Origin: the human T2T-CHM13v2.0 reference genome, Homo sapiens
Direction: 5' to 3' (one strand)
DNA: 64,000 nt
NCBI RefSeq assembly: GCF_009914755.1
Contig: NC_060929.1
Position numbers and translations under genes: made by a program. This document shows positions 11,900 through 26,404 of this stretch, one piece after another. Numbering within the stretch: position 1 is the stretch's first letter; each line of letters opens with the position of its first letter. The notes beneath the pieces are model-generated. The model was given only the letters and a program-made list of their open reading frames with translations. It ran no database searches and had not been told where the DNA came from.

Positions 11900-12400
11900 C
11901 TTTGCGCTGTACTCCTTTTTGCTGGTTATAAAAATAATTCACATCCATTTTAAAGAATTTGGAAATAATAAGTGTATAAAGAAGAAAATTAAAATAGCCT
12001 ATCATTTTACTGCTGAATAGCAATTGTTTTTATCATTTTGGCATATTTATTTCCCAGCCTTTGAGTTGTTTGTGTGTATGTGGAATGTATTTTCAAAATT
12101 GGAATTATATGTGCTATTTATATACTACTCTGTTCATTTTACTTTTGTCATGAATGCTTTCCTTAAATTGTTCTTCTGGAATATGATTTCTTTAACAATG
12201 ATGTGGCATTGTCATATGGATATATCACACTGTACTTTCCATCTAATCTTTTTCCCAATGGAATTTTAGTTTTCGTGCGTTTTTCATATTATAATAGTTC
12301 AGTGAACATCTTTTACATAAATCTTTGTGTATGTCACTCATTTCTTCAGAATACATCTGTATTTAAAATTATGCTAATGGAGAGGTAATAAAAGAACGAG
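11900..12400 (-). mobile_element. Old L1ME-like 3' fragment
   Basis: T-rich degenerate sequence with GTGAACATCTTTTACATAAATCTTTGTG typical of antisense L1M. Confidence 0.45.
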
Positions 12401-13568
12401 TAGGCCAGGTTTTGATATAGGTATAAATGTTTGGGGCATGCATCTAAAATCAAAAATGCTTTTTAAGACAAAATTTAAATTTTACTTACAAATCATATTC
12501 TAAATTTTTCAGCCACATATGCAACAATCCGTTTATATCATATTCTGAAATGCATCATTCTGTTGTAATGATATTTTGTTAAACCAATTTTAAATTGTAT
12601 GAATGTAGGGATCTTATGTCATTTTATCTGGAGCCTAGTTAAGGGGGAATTTTTTAAGGTCATATGACTATCCCTTAAACCTCAATTTCTTTGCAATAGC
12701 ATCATGAGGACTACATCCTAGGAAATCTGGAGTTGTAAGCATAATCACAGGCTTAATTGTTTTCCCTTGACCATATGCATATATTGTTGTATACATACAC
12801 ATATGTGCATAAATATACGTATGTTAGATATATATTATATAAATCACATGTAACATATTACACATATTAAACACAATAAAACATGTACTTATATATTTGT
12901 GTTCATGAACATACATAACATCATAATTTTAAACTATTATTTAAAGAGTTTGTGCATACCATCACATGATTTGACAGATGTGATGTGTTTTAATCAGGTG
13001 ACCATTAGAACAATAAATACAATGCTTTATAGCAATCTGGTCTGGTCTACTGTTAGTCTCCACTTGCCCCGGCTGTCAAATATTGCTTAGAGTTCATGTC
13101 AGAAGGAGCTCTTGCATCATAGTCCAAAGCAGACATTCCCAGAACAAAAAAAATGGAGTCAAGAGACACAGACAGGACTTCCTTTTCTGTCTCATTTTCG
13201 ATGTATCTGTGGGAAGCTTTCTGCCTATACAACAAATCATTCCTAGGGAGGGCTGTATCATGATATGAGAAACGAACAAAAAAAAGAAATGATTTCTGAT
13301 TCCTATGGGAAAAATTGGTCTTATGTGAAAATTAAACTCAGTGTGTTATAACATTTGCTACATAAACCTGAACAAAAGAAAAAAAAAACTTGTGAGAGAT
13401 GCTTTTTCTCTCCACAGTTATCTTTCATAACTATCTCTTTAGTTTTGTGTGATGCTGCTCAAATTTGTTGGTCTAAACTGCAGTGTTCTCGGAGGGTTCA
13501 GCACATGCCCTTCCAGACCGGACCCTGGCAAAGCAGAATCAAGCGACAGGATAGCCCTGCCCTCATGA

Positions 13569-14036
<468 letters not shown>

Positions 14037-14038
14037 TG

Positions 14039-14251
14039 GGCCAGGAGCGGTGGCTCACGCCTTATAATCCCAGCACTTTGGGAGGCCGAGGCAGGTGGAT
14101 CACGAGCTCAGGAGAAGACAAGCCTGACCAAATTTGTGAAACCCTGTTTCTACTAAAAATACAAAAATCAGCTGGGTGTGGTGGTGTGTGCCTGTAATCC
14201 CGGCTACTCAGGCGGCTGAGGCAGGAGAACCATTTGAACCAGGGAGATGGA
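14039..14251 (+). mobile_element. 3'-truncated AluS inserted in MER30
   Basis: Starts GGCCAGGAGCGGTGGCTCACGCC and ends abruptly at GAACCAGGGAGATGGA with no poly-A or TSD. Confidence 0.9.
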
Positions 14252-15419
14252 CCAAATGTCTATATGGCCTATAGCATTTATTATTAAGTCTGTGACACCA
14301 ATGTACTTCACTTGGCAAGTCACTTATTCACCTTAAGCCTCCATTTCCTCCCCTAAAATGAGATCAAAAGAGGCATAAATGATTGCCCTTCTCCCATCAT
14401 TCACTCTATCTCTGCCTCTATGTAGACTCAGTTCTTGCTCTTCAACTGACTTGGTAGATCCTTGAATATATGTAGTCATTTTAATTCCAAATAATTAGTA
14501 CTAAAGTAAGAAAATTCTGGTGAGAGAAAACTGCAACTATGTTTAAATGTACAAATAAAGGTGAATCAATCCCATTTGGAGTAAAGAACGTCCAGATGTC
14601 CTCAAAATAAGTGTCCTTTCTCCTCCACCTATTCCCTGTCCCGAGTCTCATTTTCATGCTCAGCAAGACCCTCTACCGGATTATGTCATCCCCCACCCCG
14701 ATACAAAAGGGTTATGTTTATAAATGTTGAATGACTAACATATCCTCTCAGCATTGCCATATAGAGTGGCAAATAATGTTGGAAGGAAATTGGGCATTTT
14801 GGAAAGGACTGATATGAATATTAATTATACAAGTGTGGGCTCCAAAATCTCTTTTTTAGGTTTTTCCCACCTGCATTCCTACAGAATTGAATGTTTGTTC
14901 TTCTATTATGCTTATCAGTAAATTCTTAATTTTGTTAAGGAAAAAAAACAAATCCAGGGCAAGTGCTTACATTATCACTATCATCTGCTTGAAGCCTGAA
15001 TTTCATTAAGTAGGTTGTTAATAAAATGAGGAATGATATATCACAACTGCAATGCTGTGTCTCCCAAAGTTAATGAAGAGTTATTATTTTATAGATGACA
15101 AATTAAAAGGCTGTTAAAATAGTTGGTAAGACTGTCAACGGATTTAGCAACATTCTAATTAAAAATAGGGCATTAAAGAGAATTAAAATCTTGAATTTGG
15201 AGAAATGAGAAAATATGCTTAATATGTGATTTAACATAGTTAAGAGCCCTGGAATCTTTACATAAGATGAGATGGATGTCGTTTTAAAGATATCGTGACA
15301 AATTTTTGCAAAACTAGGACATCACCATCTAATACAATTTCACAGAGTTGATGAACAATTTGTTTGCCATTAAAATTATATTTTTAAATGTATAAGTAAT
15401 ATTAAAGCAATAATAACAT

Positions 15420-16010
15420 TTTAATATGTATTATTATAAAGATATGCTACATGTAGCCTTAATATATATTAATGATATACACATTTACCTGTCACCCATT
15501 TCTAACAAATTAATAGTTTTCATTTTTTTCATTTTCACTGAAGTACTTATCTATCTGGATACATTTTTATACAAAAATAGATTTTTATACAAAAGTTACA
15601 CTTCTGTCTGCTTTTTTCAGTTATACCTCAGTCTTACATATCTTAAATGTTTTCCTTTTTAATCATTAAACACCATTAATTGAGTTGATATGCTACATTT
15701 TACTTAACCATTCCTTTCTTGGTTAGTTAGGTCCCTTCCACTTTTTACTATAATAAATAACATTCAAGAAACATTTTCATATACATTTAGAGTAAGTTTC
15801 TGGAAATGAGATTACTAGATCAAAAAGTATTAATGCTTTTTTGGTTGTTTAAACATTATCAAACTGCTTATCAAATGACTTTTATCATTTTACACCAGTA
15901 ATTTAACTACAGTTGTAATTCAATGACAAGGTGGATAGGATTTGATGGCATCATTATTTTATAATTTTTGCAAAATTAGTAGGTAAGGTGGTATCATATG
16001 TTTGTTAACT
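15420..16010 (-). mobile_element. Old L1ME-like fragment
   Basis: TTACTTAACCATTCC...GGAAATGAGATTACTAGATCAAAAAGTAT, typical antisense L1M 3' region. Confidence 0.5.
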
Positions 16011-16609
16011 TATGTTTAAACAATCTGCTCCAAGAATTTCACAGATAATTAGATAACATGACTGTTTTCTCTATTAATTTGGTTTTCTATATTTTATTCT
16101 TTGACAAGTGGTCATATGCAAGGTGCCCCACATATGATGCCGTAATTTTCTTTTAGCAGATTTTGGAGGTATTCACAGAATTGAGATTAAGCATAGCTCA
16201 AACAAAGATACCCATGGAATGAATAAATGAAATAATATTTAATAGAGTAAAACAGAAAGTGTTTAGAAACATGTTATAGAGTCAATAACAGGTATAGTGA
16301 GGATGATTTTTTTCAAGGTGTGCTAAACTTGAAAATTGACCCTTTTTATGAGTATTTCAGGAGCTAGAGAATCCCTCCTATTCCTAAAACAAAGGTGAAG
16401 GAGAAACAGGGAAAGACAGAGACCTCTAACAAACAGAATGAATAGCTGAAGTGGACGGGCTGTCTCTGGGAGTGGGCATTCTATAGAATGCAAGCAGTGG
16501 GGGTAAACAAATGCTGTTTACATTTCCCATCCTTGTTAAATGAAAAAGAAAATTAGGAACAATTATAGCTAGAGTTATAGAAATCCACCTTGTGAAATAG
16601 AGACCTTGG

Positions 16610-16976
16610 GTCCAAAGCGTCTATTTGCATTTCACTGTTTCTGCCTGGAACAAGTCTGTTAGCATGGCTCACTCCCTACTCCCTGCAGGTCTCTGCTCAA
16701 ACATTATCTCTTCCTGCCTACTCTCTATAAAATATAAAGTTCTGTGTACCCCACTTGCCATTCCATTCACTCCCTGTTCTTTTTTATCATGCCTCATGCT
16801 TCTTGATCTAAGATTTGCTTATTTGCTTATTTATTTACTCATCTATATACTGCAAGAATGTAAGCTTCATAAAGGCAGAGATATGTACTGTATCCCTACA
16901 ACTTGATAGAACAATGCCTGGCATGTAATGGATGCATCATAAATATTTGTTGAGTGAGAGAATGAATGAATGAATT
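16610..16976 (+). mobile_element. L2 3' end
   Basis: AGAATGTAAGCTTCATAAAGGCAG...AACAATGCCTGGCATGTAA...AAATATTTGTTGAGTGAG(AATG)n. Confidence 0.8.
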
Positions 16977-19899
16977 GTGAAAGATCACCAATGGATAAAT
17001 TACCCAAACTCTGGTTGATATAGCCAACCTACTACAAATCAATGACCATTCCAGTGCAGAGTTGTACATGAGCAGATGCAGTATTGGGGCCACAACACTG
17101 TGTAAGGTTGGATCTGGAATTAAACCTTTCTTGTAATCATATCTGCCTAAGTGTTTCTTTCTTTCTTTCTGAAGAGGGATTAAAGACAGATTCTAGAAGC
17201 TCACTGTATATTATTTTCAGTTAGGTATGAGTATCCATACATGTTTACTTGTGCATGTGTGTATACGCATACATATACATAGGTACAAATATATACACAC
17301 ACATATCCACACATCCCCACACATGTTTGTATATGTGTATTAAGTTCACTTTAGTAAACTCTGTAGAGGATATTCCATTGAGTACAATCCGTAGAGTCAG
17401 ATAATGTCGACCAATATTTTTCTGTCTTTTTAAAGCTTGTGAAGAATTTCTTGAGACATTGCAATGGAGAAAAGCCTGGAACAAGTGAATTTAAATTGAT
17501 AATTACAGTTAGAATCTGGTACTCATATTGCATAAGACAGTTATAACTGTGTAAAGAGTTCTGCTTTATTGTGGCTAATTATGCTCTTCTAAGACTGTTG
17601 CCAAAAAAAGAGCACACAGTCAACAATGTCCCAGCCTTCCTCTGCACACCCCCTAATACCAATGTCTTCTTATGTCTCAGTCCTCTCCTCATCATCCCTT
17701 GGTCACTTTTCAGCCTTTATTTTCTTATCACATTGATAACTTGTAGTATCATTAACCCTTGACACTCATCCCATCTACAATTCCCCTAAACCAGTAGACG
17801 TCCCTAATTTAAAATGGCCATGGTCATCAAAGGCAGAAAATCTGCTTCCTCTCAGCAGTCAATAATGCAACTAGAAAGGATCCCTTCAGTAGGTTCATGA
17901 TTCTTCCTATTCAAGAAATGGCCATTGGTGTTTTGTCTTTGACATCAATTGATTTTATATTTAATTCTTATTCATTTTTTAAAACCTTCCTTTCTCAATT
18001 CTAAGTCAAATCAGCACTAAACTGTCTCTGTGGCGGTTACATATCTTAGTTGCTCTTTCATCCTACCATAGAATGGAGACTCATAATGCTAGAGGAGACC
18101 ATGAAAAGACCAACTCATCAACCCTACAGTTAATCACTAAGAGAATTGAGCTCTCTTGCCATCTACCTTTCTATCAGGAAATGGATCCCTGAGCATCTGT
18201 CTATTATTCCTTTTGTGTGTTGTGCTCAACGGAAATTTTCCACATCTCCATCTCTGTAACTCCACTGTCAAGAGCAATCTCTTAGGCACTGCCTGCCATT
18301 GTGATTATTGCCAATATCACTGAATTAAGGTAATCAGGCCACATTCATCGCATGCACTTGGAGCAGAAGCTGAAACCACAGGTAAAATTGAAATGTCCTG
18401 TAATGGCCATTTCTGGGTCGGTTTCCTGTTCCTTTCCCTAAAGTGCATTTGCTTTTGCTTTTCCTCCTTGCCTGCTGAGATCATTGTGTGGGTGTGAGTG
18501 TCTGAGGGTTCAGGTTGATAAGTTGCAAAGGGAAGAGGGGATAAAAAGCCACACAGCTTGAATAAATAAATGCATGAAAATATGTGGTACTCTAGCATGC
18601 CCTACCGCCATGTCTCCATCACTACACAAGGATGTCCTCATAGATTAACTTCAGCATCAGAATTCTGAAGGCAGAGAAGCAAAAGTAGCAGCTGTGGGAG
18701 CTCCCTAAAGTGGAATCGGGCATGACACTCTGAATTTTGAAATTGCAAACCCACAGTTCAGTAGGTTGCAGCAACACAGAATGCAGATGGTGTGTTCCTT
18801 TGGATTGTCAGTGTAGTTCTACAGTGTATATAAATGGCTTCAGTTCACTCCTGTTGGCTCTGTCACTGCCTTTTAACACCAATGTGTCAGTAAAGCCATG
18901 TTGCAGTGACAATCGTGTTGGTAATGGGGCTCAGAGGAGAATACCTTGAGAAAATTTGAAATTAACCATTTCAGAATAGGGAAGTCTTTTAAATATGATT
19001 CATGTTAGAAAAATGAGGAGCACAGTGCACTAGACATACAAGGTTACTACAATAACTTGGATTCACTTAATGCATGTTATGGAATTTAAGAATAGATGAA
19101 GTTGTTCATTTTTTTTTTTTTTACACAATTACATGTTTTCCCCCACGGTGTGAATAAAACGAGATAAGTGCACATTATAACTATCTCAGTGATTAAAGCA
19201 TCTTCTTTTCATCTATAAATATCATATAATAGAGTTAGAGTAAATACAAGGCTGTAATTAACTTTAAGGCCTTCACTGATACACTATCAAAATAGGGCCT
19301 TACTGCCTTCCAATGGCAGCTGAGTCAAAAAGAATGGTTTCCATTTAGAAATAATGTTTGGAGGTTTTATTCAGGATCCTATGCCTTATTTCCCAACACA
19401 CAGCTTCAGTGGCCAGTTAGAAATATAGGTTCCCTGCCATTTGCAATATCTCATGCCCCTCCTGGTGTTCCCAACAGCTTTGAGAGTCAGAGCCCACAAG
19501 TGGAATCTGTGCATGTGAGACTTATTTAAAAAGGAAAGTTTTTTAAATTTTGTGAATTACATTTTTGAGACTGTCAGCTTAGAGTTGTCTTCCATTAAGT
19601 TGATAGAACGTGAAGCAATAGGAGAGCAGTTGGAATAATATTTCCTTAGCAGAATGTTATGCCTTGCAAAGGCAACTTGTCATTCGAGGCTTTCTTTTAT
19701 GGGATATTTAGAGATTTTAAAAAAAAATCTGTTTATCAATTGATATACAGTTGGCCAATTTAAAATGATGACTTTATTTCACTAATGACCAATCAGTGAA
19801 AGGAGTTTAAAATCAATTAACTTTGTGTGGGGCCAGGCTGAATATTATTTGTTTCACTGTTGTAGAATGTCTGTAGAATATACTGCATGTAAAGTATAT

Positions 19900-20130
19900 T
19901 GTAGTTAAGGGTCAGATGCCCTAATTCTGCTTTTTAGTTATATGACCTTGAGCAAGTGAATACATTTCTCAGTTTCAGGGTTTTCGTTTTTGTTTTTTTC
20001 TTTTAAATGGAGGTAATACTACTTTCTTTTGGTTAGTTGGGTGTATTAAATTAGAAAATCCATGTAAAGGCACTTAACAAGTTGTCTCGCATTTAGAAGT
20101 CCTCAGACAGTGTTAACAATGATCATTATT
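19900..20130 (+). mobile_element. MIR
   Basis: TGACCTTGAGCAAGTG...TAAATGGAGGTAATA...ATGTAAAGGCACTTAACA. Confidence 0.6.
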
Positions 20131-20599
20131 ATGTTAATTACATTTACCCATACAACCTAGGATAGCTATAGGGGAAAAACCAAAAGCCAACAAATGATTT
20201 AGAATCACAGATGGTTAATACTAGGAGGAAAATAACTAGATTTTCGTTTACCCTCCTTATTGTACAGTTGAAAAACAATACTCAGGGAAGTCTAGGAAGT
20301 GACTATTCCAATAACATGCATCTATTTGAAGGAAGAAGCTGCATCAGGGTGCTAGGTTTTCTCCAATCAGCAGTGATTTCTGCTATGCCATGTGGCTTTC
20401 AAATGTATCTGCTTAAAAATTAGCAGGATGACTTGTCTTTGAAAATAGAATTACTTCAGTGTCACCTCACTTTATATTCAAACCTACCTAGAACCTATTA
20501 AATGGCTGGAATCAAGGGACCAGTTAGTATGTATGATATAACCAGTTGTAATAAGCAAGGTCACTACTGTGTTAAACACTATATGCAACCAATCTTTGA

Positions 20600-20935
20600 C
20601 CATTCATTCTGCAAATACTTATTAAAACCTCTGGTGTATGTCAGGCACTCTACTAGCAGTAATGATAGTTAATATGTGTTGAACACTTATGACACTTCAG
20701 GCCACAGGCTAAGAACTTTGCTTATGTAATCTAGTTTGACTCTAACAGAAATCTTACCAAATAAGTACTTCTATTAGTCCCACTTTATGATATGATGAAA
20801 AACAAAAATCAAATAAGAAACAAGTCCTCATTCTATCTTAACAGATGATCTGCTATGCTTATAGCCTCAGGAATAAAAACAGTGTTTGTCTTCTGGCACA
20901 TAGATGATTCCCAATAAAATATTTGTTTAATGGAT
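20600..20935. mobile_element. Cluster of L2/MIR fragments
   Basis: CATTCTGCAAATACTTATT...TGTCAGGCACT; CTGGCACATAGATGATTCCCAATAAAATATTTGTT. Confidence 0.45.
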
Positions 20936-21181
20936 TGGCATACAGCCTAATGGAGATTAAATACAGATAAAAATTAATACAATAAAACTAGTCCAGGCAG
21001 TACAAAAACCAGCACACTGAAATATAGTTAGGACCCAAAAGAAGAAATGGGCTTATTCAGGAAAGGCCTGAATTGACAGATTCTACAGGTAAATCCTGAC
21101 TTAAATGACATTTTAGATCCTTGCCTTCTTTTCTTTTGATAGACACAGAACGAGATCATTCAGGGCTTAGCCATATAGGAG

Positions 21182-21534
21182 TGCTATGGTTTGAATGTTT
21201 GTTCCCTCTGAAACTCATGTCGAAGTTTAATTGCCATTGTAACAGTATTAAGAGCTGGGACTTTTAAGGCATGATTAAGTCATGAGAGCTCTGCCTTGAG
21301 GGGTGAGATTAATGCCATTATAAAAGAGCGAGTTGAGCCCTTTCATGCTCTCTTGCTCACTTGACACCTTGCCTTCCAACATGTTGATGACACAGCAAGA
21401 AGGCCCTCACCAGATGGTGGCACTTTAAAATTGGACTTTCCAGCCTCCAGAACTGTGAGCCAATAAATTTCTGCTCATTATAAATTACCCAGTCTCAGCT
21501 ATTCTGTTATAGTAGCACAAAACAGACTAAGACA
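21182..21534 (+). mobile_element. MaLR solo LTR (MST/MLT1A class)
   Basis: TGCTATGGTTTGAATGTTTG...CAGCCTCCAGAACTGTGAGCCAATAAATTTCTG...ACAGACTAAGACA. Confidence 0.9.
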
Positions 21535-22464
21535 AGGGACAACTTATTTTTTATGGTTGTTCAAATCTTTGTTTTCAAGTATCCTTTTTACTTTTAGAGG
21601 AATTTCTTCCTGTAAAGACAAACAAACAAAAAAAAAACACTAAAATCTAGAACATACCTGCAATGCTGATTTCCTGTTTTGTTCTTTCAAGTCACTTCCT
21701 TAGGATAAAAAGCCACTACTCTGTGCATTTAGAGCCCCTGAAATAAATTCTCCATTTTCAAATGACCTTACAAGAAGGGACTAGAAAATTGCTAGATAAG
21801 TCAGAAAAGATTTTTATTTTAAAAAATTGATGCTCTTCTCTGGAAATTATATTACAGTTCTAGCTGTGATATGTATTCACAAAATTATAAAAAAAAAGAT
21901 AATCCAAGAGTAAGATGCAAACTCATTTTTTTGACCTGTGTATGAAAATAGACAAAGAAAAATATAGGGCATTTTGGGGCTGTTCAGGCCAGGATAAAAA
22001 AGGAAATGGGTGTCATTCCTGAAGCTTCTATCTCTGGCCTGCTTTTTCCTTTTCTATCTGGAGGCTGACAGACAGGAATCACATAGAAGTTATTTTGAAG
22101 GTAATTTTATATGGAGTGGAGACATTTTTCCCCTTCTGCAGTCATAAGCCTTGAGAATTTATCACCAGCTTCAAGGTAAGAAACTTTTTTGCCATGAATT
22201 TGTCTGCTCTAACGTTCCTTAACTTTGGTCTCTCAGCCAACAACTTGCCCCTTGTTTCCAGCCCAGAGGTTAGGTGGTTTGCTAAGGTAGAAGGGGAGCA
22301 AAGCAGCTTAGGCTGGGGCAGCCAAAATATCCATCCATCCCTGCTTTGTGTTATGCTTTCTCTGTATATGAGCTCTAGGTTAGTTTTACCTCCTCAAACT
22401 TTTCTTTGTTTATTTCCCCTTAATGTCTGCCTGGGCATTGAATCTGTTGTCTTGCTGCCTTGGC

Positions 22465-22813
22465 TTTTTTTTTTTTTTTTTTTTTTTTGGTGGGGGGGGC
22501 GGGGGGGTGGATGGAGTCACTCACTCTGCCACCCAGACTGGAGTTACAGTGGTGTAACTCAGATCTCGGTTGCAGATCTCGGCTCACTGCAACCTCTGCC
22601 TCCCAGGTTCAAGCAATTCTCTGGCCTCAGCCTCCCTAGTAGCTGGGACTACAGGCATGCACCACCACGTCTGACTAGTTTTTTTTGTATTTTTAGTAGA
22701 CACAGGGTTTCACCTTGTTGGCCAGGCTGGTCTTGAACTCCTGACCTCAAGTGATCTGCCCACCTCAGCCTCCCAAAGTGCTGGCATGATAGGCTTGAGC
22801 CACCGCACCCGGC
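22465..22813 (-). mobile_element. AluS (Sx/Sz-like) with G-run next to the tail
   Basis: Alu dimer; TSD TGCTGC(C/A)TTGGCTTTT on both sides. Confidence 0.93.
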
Positions 22814-23089
22814 TGCTGCATTGGCTTTTATGTCTTCTTGACACTCTGATTTGTGTGTTTGTGATGCTCGTGTATTTAAGTGCTCAAAAATATTTGTTTT
22901 TTTTTTTGTTGCTGTTGTTTTTTGTTTTTTGTTTTTGTTTTGTTTTGAAAGAAAAAACATCTATCAAGGGCCCACAGTGAGTCATATCTCAGGCTTCAGT
23001 GCGCTTGGCTTTGTATTCTGGCCCTGTTAGCCACCCATACCGTGGAGAGAGAATCTCTGCATTTCCCTCTCTAGGAAACACCACCCAAA

Positions 23090-23265
23090 CACTTGGGTTC
23101 TAGATTCTAATATATCACATTCAAATCCCACTGCGTTGCTCCCTGACTGTGTGACCTCAGCTATGCAAGTTGTGTGTACCTTTTCCTTTCTTTCTTCTAT
23201 AGGGTTGTGAAGACCAAATGAGATGGCTCATATGAAATGTTTAGCCCAGTGCTCAAGAACTCTTA
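23090..23265 (+). mobile_element. MIR
   Basis: TTCAAATCCCACT...CTGTGTGACCTC...ATAGGGTTGTGAAGACCAAATGAGAT. Confidence 0.6.
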
Positions 23266-24519
23266 ATTACCTTTTCCCTCCCCCTTTTTTTTTAAATCTC
23301 CCCATTCTTCCTTGAAGGTGAAAATAAACATCACTGTCCAAAAGAAAAATAGGATGGAATCAAGATTAAATGATTAAAGCTGGAATTTTCCTTTTATGTA
23401 CTTAACCAGTGGGTCATTCAAGGTACTTCACAATTTGTTGAGAGAACCATTAAACACCATTAGTAGGTCATCTGCCACTGACTTCAAAACTATAGTCTTT
23501 AAAACCCAGCCAAATAGGGAAATCATCTTAATAGCTCCGATCATTTTGATTTGGGCCAGAAGGCCATGGTGACAGATGCACTAAGCATCTCATAAATAGC
23601 GGGGTATTTCCTTTAGCAATTATAATTCACAGAATAGAAATAGTCATGTGCTATTATTATGTAATATGATATCACTTAAAAATGTAAAACTGTCGCAGGG
23701 GCATTCTGGCCAACTGGCCCTGCACCTTTAACCACACTTCAGTTTGTTCTGGTCTCATCTGAATGACCCTCACATCATAAAATGTCTTTTTCTCCTTCAA
23801 ATTCTGAAAGGAGGATTTATACTAGTACAGCATATAGAGCTCGACCGAACTTTTGAGACTACCTAGTCTTTTAAAAGTCCTTTATGAGATGTATTATTCT
23901 AGTTTGGTTTTCTGAATGTACAGATAAAGAAACTGATTTAGAGCAGTGAATTGGTTTGGCATGGCTAAATGGATAGTAGGCGGCTGGTTCAGAATTTGAA
24001 CTGACATCGTCCTAACTAACCAAGGTTAAGCTGAAAAATAAAACCTTTGTTTTATAGATACAGATATGTGTGTATATGTGTATGGTGCATACATACATAT
24101 ATAATATGTGTGTTATATGTGTATATATGTATGTGGATATATATATTCCCCTCCCTAAAATAGTGCTGAGATGTGTCCTCTGAATATCTAACACCTCTGA
24201 GTTTTTTGTTATATTTTTTTCCTAAATGCAATCAGCTTTTACTCACTGATAATAAAAATTGCATGTGCTAATTTTGAAGAAGTCAAAAAATTGAGAAGAG
24301 TAGAAAAAGAGCCAAAATCGCCTGAAATTTCAGAAGTATCTGTGAAAATTTTGATAAATGTTACACAGGCATATTTAAAATTTCATAAAAATATAAGTAG
24401 AACTCCTGGAGAAAAATCAATGATTGGTTCTTATTCCCAGGTCCTACCTTCTAACTCAGAGCATATAGTACAGGAAAATGATAGGATTCAAAATGTGGTT
24501 CAGGAAATGCAAATATCAA

Positions 24520-24668
24520 CGTCACCTGTGAACTTCAGAGAAATGTACGAAGTCAGAACCTCCCCAAGGCTTACTGAATCAAGAGCTCTGAGGGTGGGGC
24601 ATAACGATCTGGGTCTTAAAAAGTCCACCAGACTATTCTGATGTAAGATCAAGCTAGAGAACCTATGG
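24520..24668. mobile_element. MER5A-like MITE
   Basis: CTTACTGAATCAAGAGCTCTGAGGGTGGGGC...ATTCTGATG...AGAGAACC. Confidence 0.6.
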
Positions 24669-24669
24669 C

Positions 24670-24875
24670 ATGATGTATTAGTCTGAAAGATCTGAGTTTG
24701 AATTCTTCTTAGCCGTGACCTTCATTGGATCATGACCTTAATTAAGTTAGTCACCCAACTGTTCCTCATGGTGAAGTGAAGATAATATTTACCTTAAAGA
24801 GTTTTGAAGATTAGATATAAGTTACATGAAGCATTAAATCCAGAGACTAGTCCATTGTAGAAGCTCAATCAATGA
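24670..24875 (+). mobile_element. MIR
   Basis: GATCTGAGTTTGAATTC...GTGACCTT...GATAATATTTACCTT. Confidence 0.5.
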
Positions 24876-26404
24876 CAACCATTATAGAAGGCCACCATTG
24901 CTTTCATCAGCAGCTCAGTTACACAAGTCATTTTTGAGAGATGCAGTAGCATGCACTCTAGGAGAGAAACACACTGTTGTTAATATTTAAAATATTTCAA
25001 ATAGCATTACAGCCAGAGAAATAGGATCCATCTAATTCACAATTTGTATTCCTCAGAAGCAACATGTAGTTCTTCATTGCCAAGTAGGTCTCCTTTCAAA
25101 GATGGATAGGTAATTTTTTTTCAAAATATTTTAATCCATATAATTTGAGCAAATACTCGGGGACATGAGATTCTATGATGAAAGCTCTGTTTTGATCACA
25201 AAACTCTGAACTGCAAATGTGAGAGTGTGTGTAATTCCATCTTTCTCTTTTTATTTATGGAAAAAAAACTAAATCGAACCAGGTAGTTGAATCCTTCTTT
25301 CAAGAAGGATTAACAGTCATTGGGACCACGATGTATTTGGATAGAACAAGAGGAAAAAAAAACATGGAAATAAATATGAAATAGAAATAAACATGATTGT
25401 GTTTTTAGTGGTATTTGCAATGCCTTACAATATTACTAATATGATAATAATCATATTAGTATTCCACTTTCAGGTACATTGATTTAATGAAGATTACTGA
25501 AATGATTTATAGGAAAAAAGAAACAAGGTGAATTTAATAAGGTGCCAGACAACTGCCCTCTGAGTCTATAAAAGTGTTCAGAGGGACCGAATTCGGCTTA
25601 ACCTGACCCAGAGTGGCACATTACAAGAAACTGCCTCAGTCTTACTCAAGTGTGAACGTGGCTCTAGCAGGCCCTACTGGGTATTAGTTATGGTGATGCT
25701 GTATCAAGTCTGTGGAGTGTTCATTCCCCTTCCACCTCTGATCCATGTCTTTTAATCTCTTAAATTGAGAATGAATGGCTATTAAAAACTTTCAGTGATT
25801 TCAGAAAGATTCTTTAAATATAAACCAATAAAATGAAATAATGCAATGACAATATTTAAGCAGGAATATTATGGCAGATAAATTCTGGGAGGTTTACTGC
25901 TAATGGCCACTTGACATTTTTAAATAGAGCGTTTCAGTAAATCACTGAAAATTAGCCGACAAGAATTTATACTCATCTATTTAAATGATACTTGTAAATA
26001 AGTAAATACGGTTTAAATATAGTTTGAGTGATGGTGGAATTTATAGCAGGAAATGTCCTAGTGTAGGTTTTTGTTCTAATTGAAGATCAAGTCAACAAGC
26101 AACTATTGTAGTTGCTTTGTTCCCAGGAACAGGGAAGTATGCTAGTTCCTGCAGACCCACAGAGGAGAGAAGCCCAATTCTGCAAATCCAGTAACTCATT
26201 GCTCAGGTTAAAGTCTATCACCCTTTACCCCAGAAAACCTCCTTTCCTTACCACACAAGTGGACTTACAAGACTTCCAGGTTAGAATTTAGAAATGCTCC
26301 TAATTATATCTTGTGGATTTTAGCTTGCATATAGTTCAAGAGCTATACACTGGTCAGGGGTTTATAATAAATATCAGTGGTATATTTTAATTATGTACAT
26401 ATTA

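Noticed and set aside
24291-24641. 116 aa ORF with a plausible composition
   Set aside because: Starts at TTG, overlaps MER5A-like and other decayed repeats, and has no recognisable domain or splice structure.
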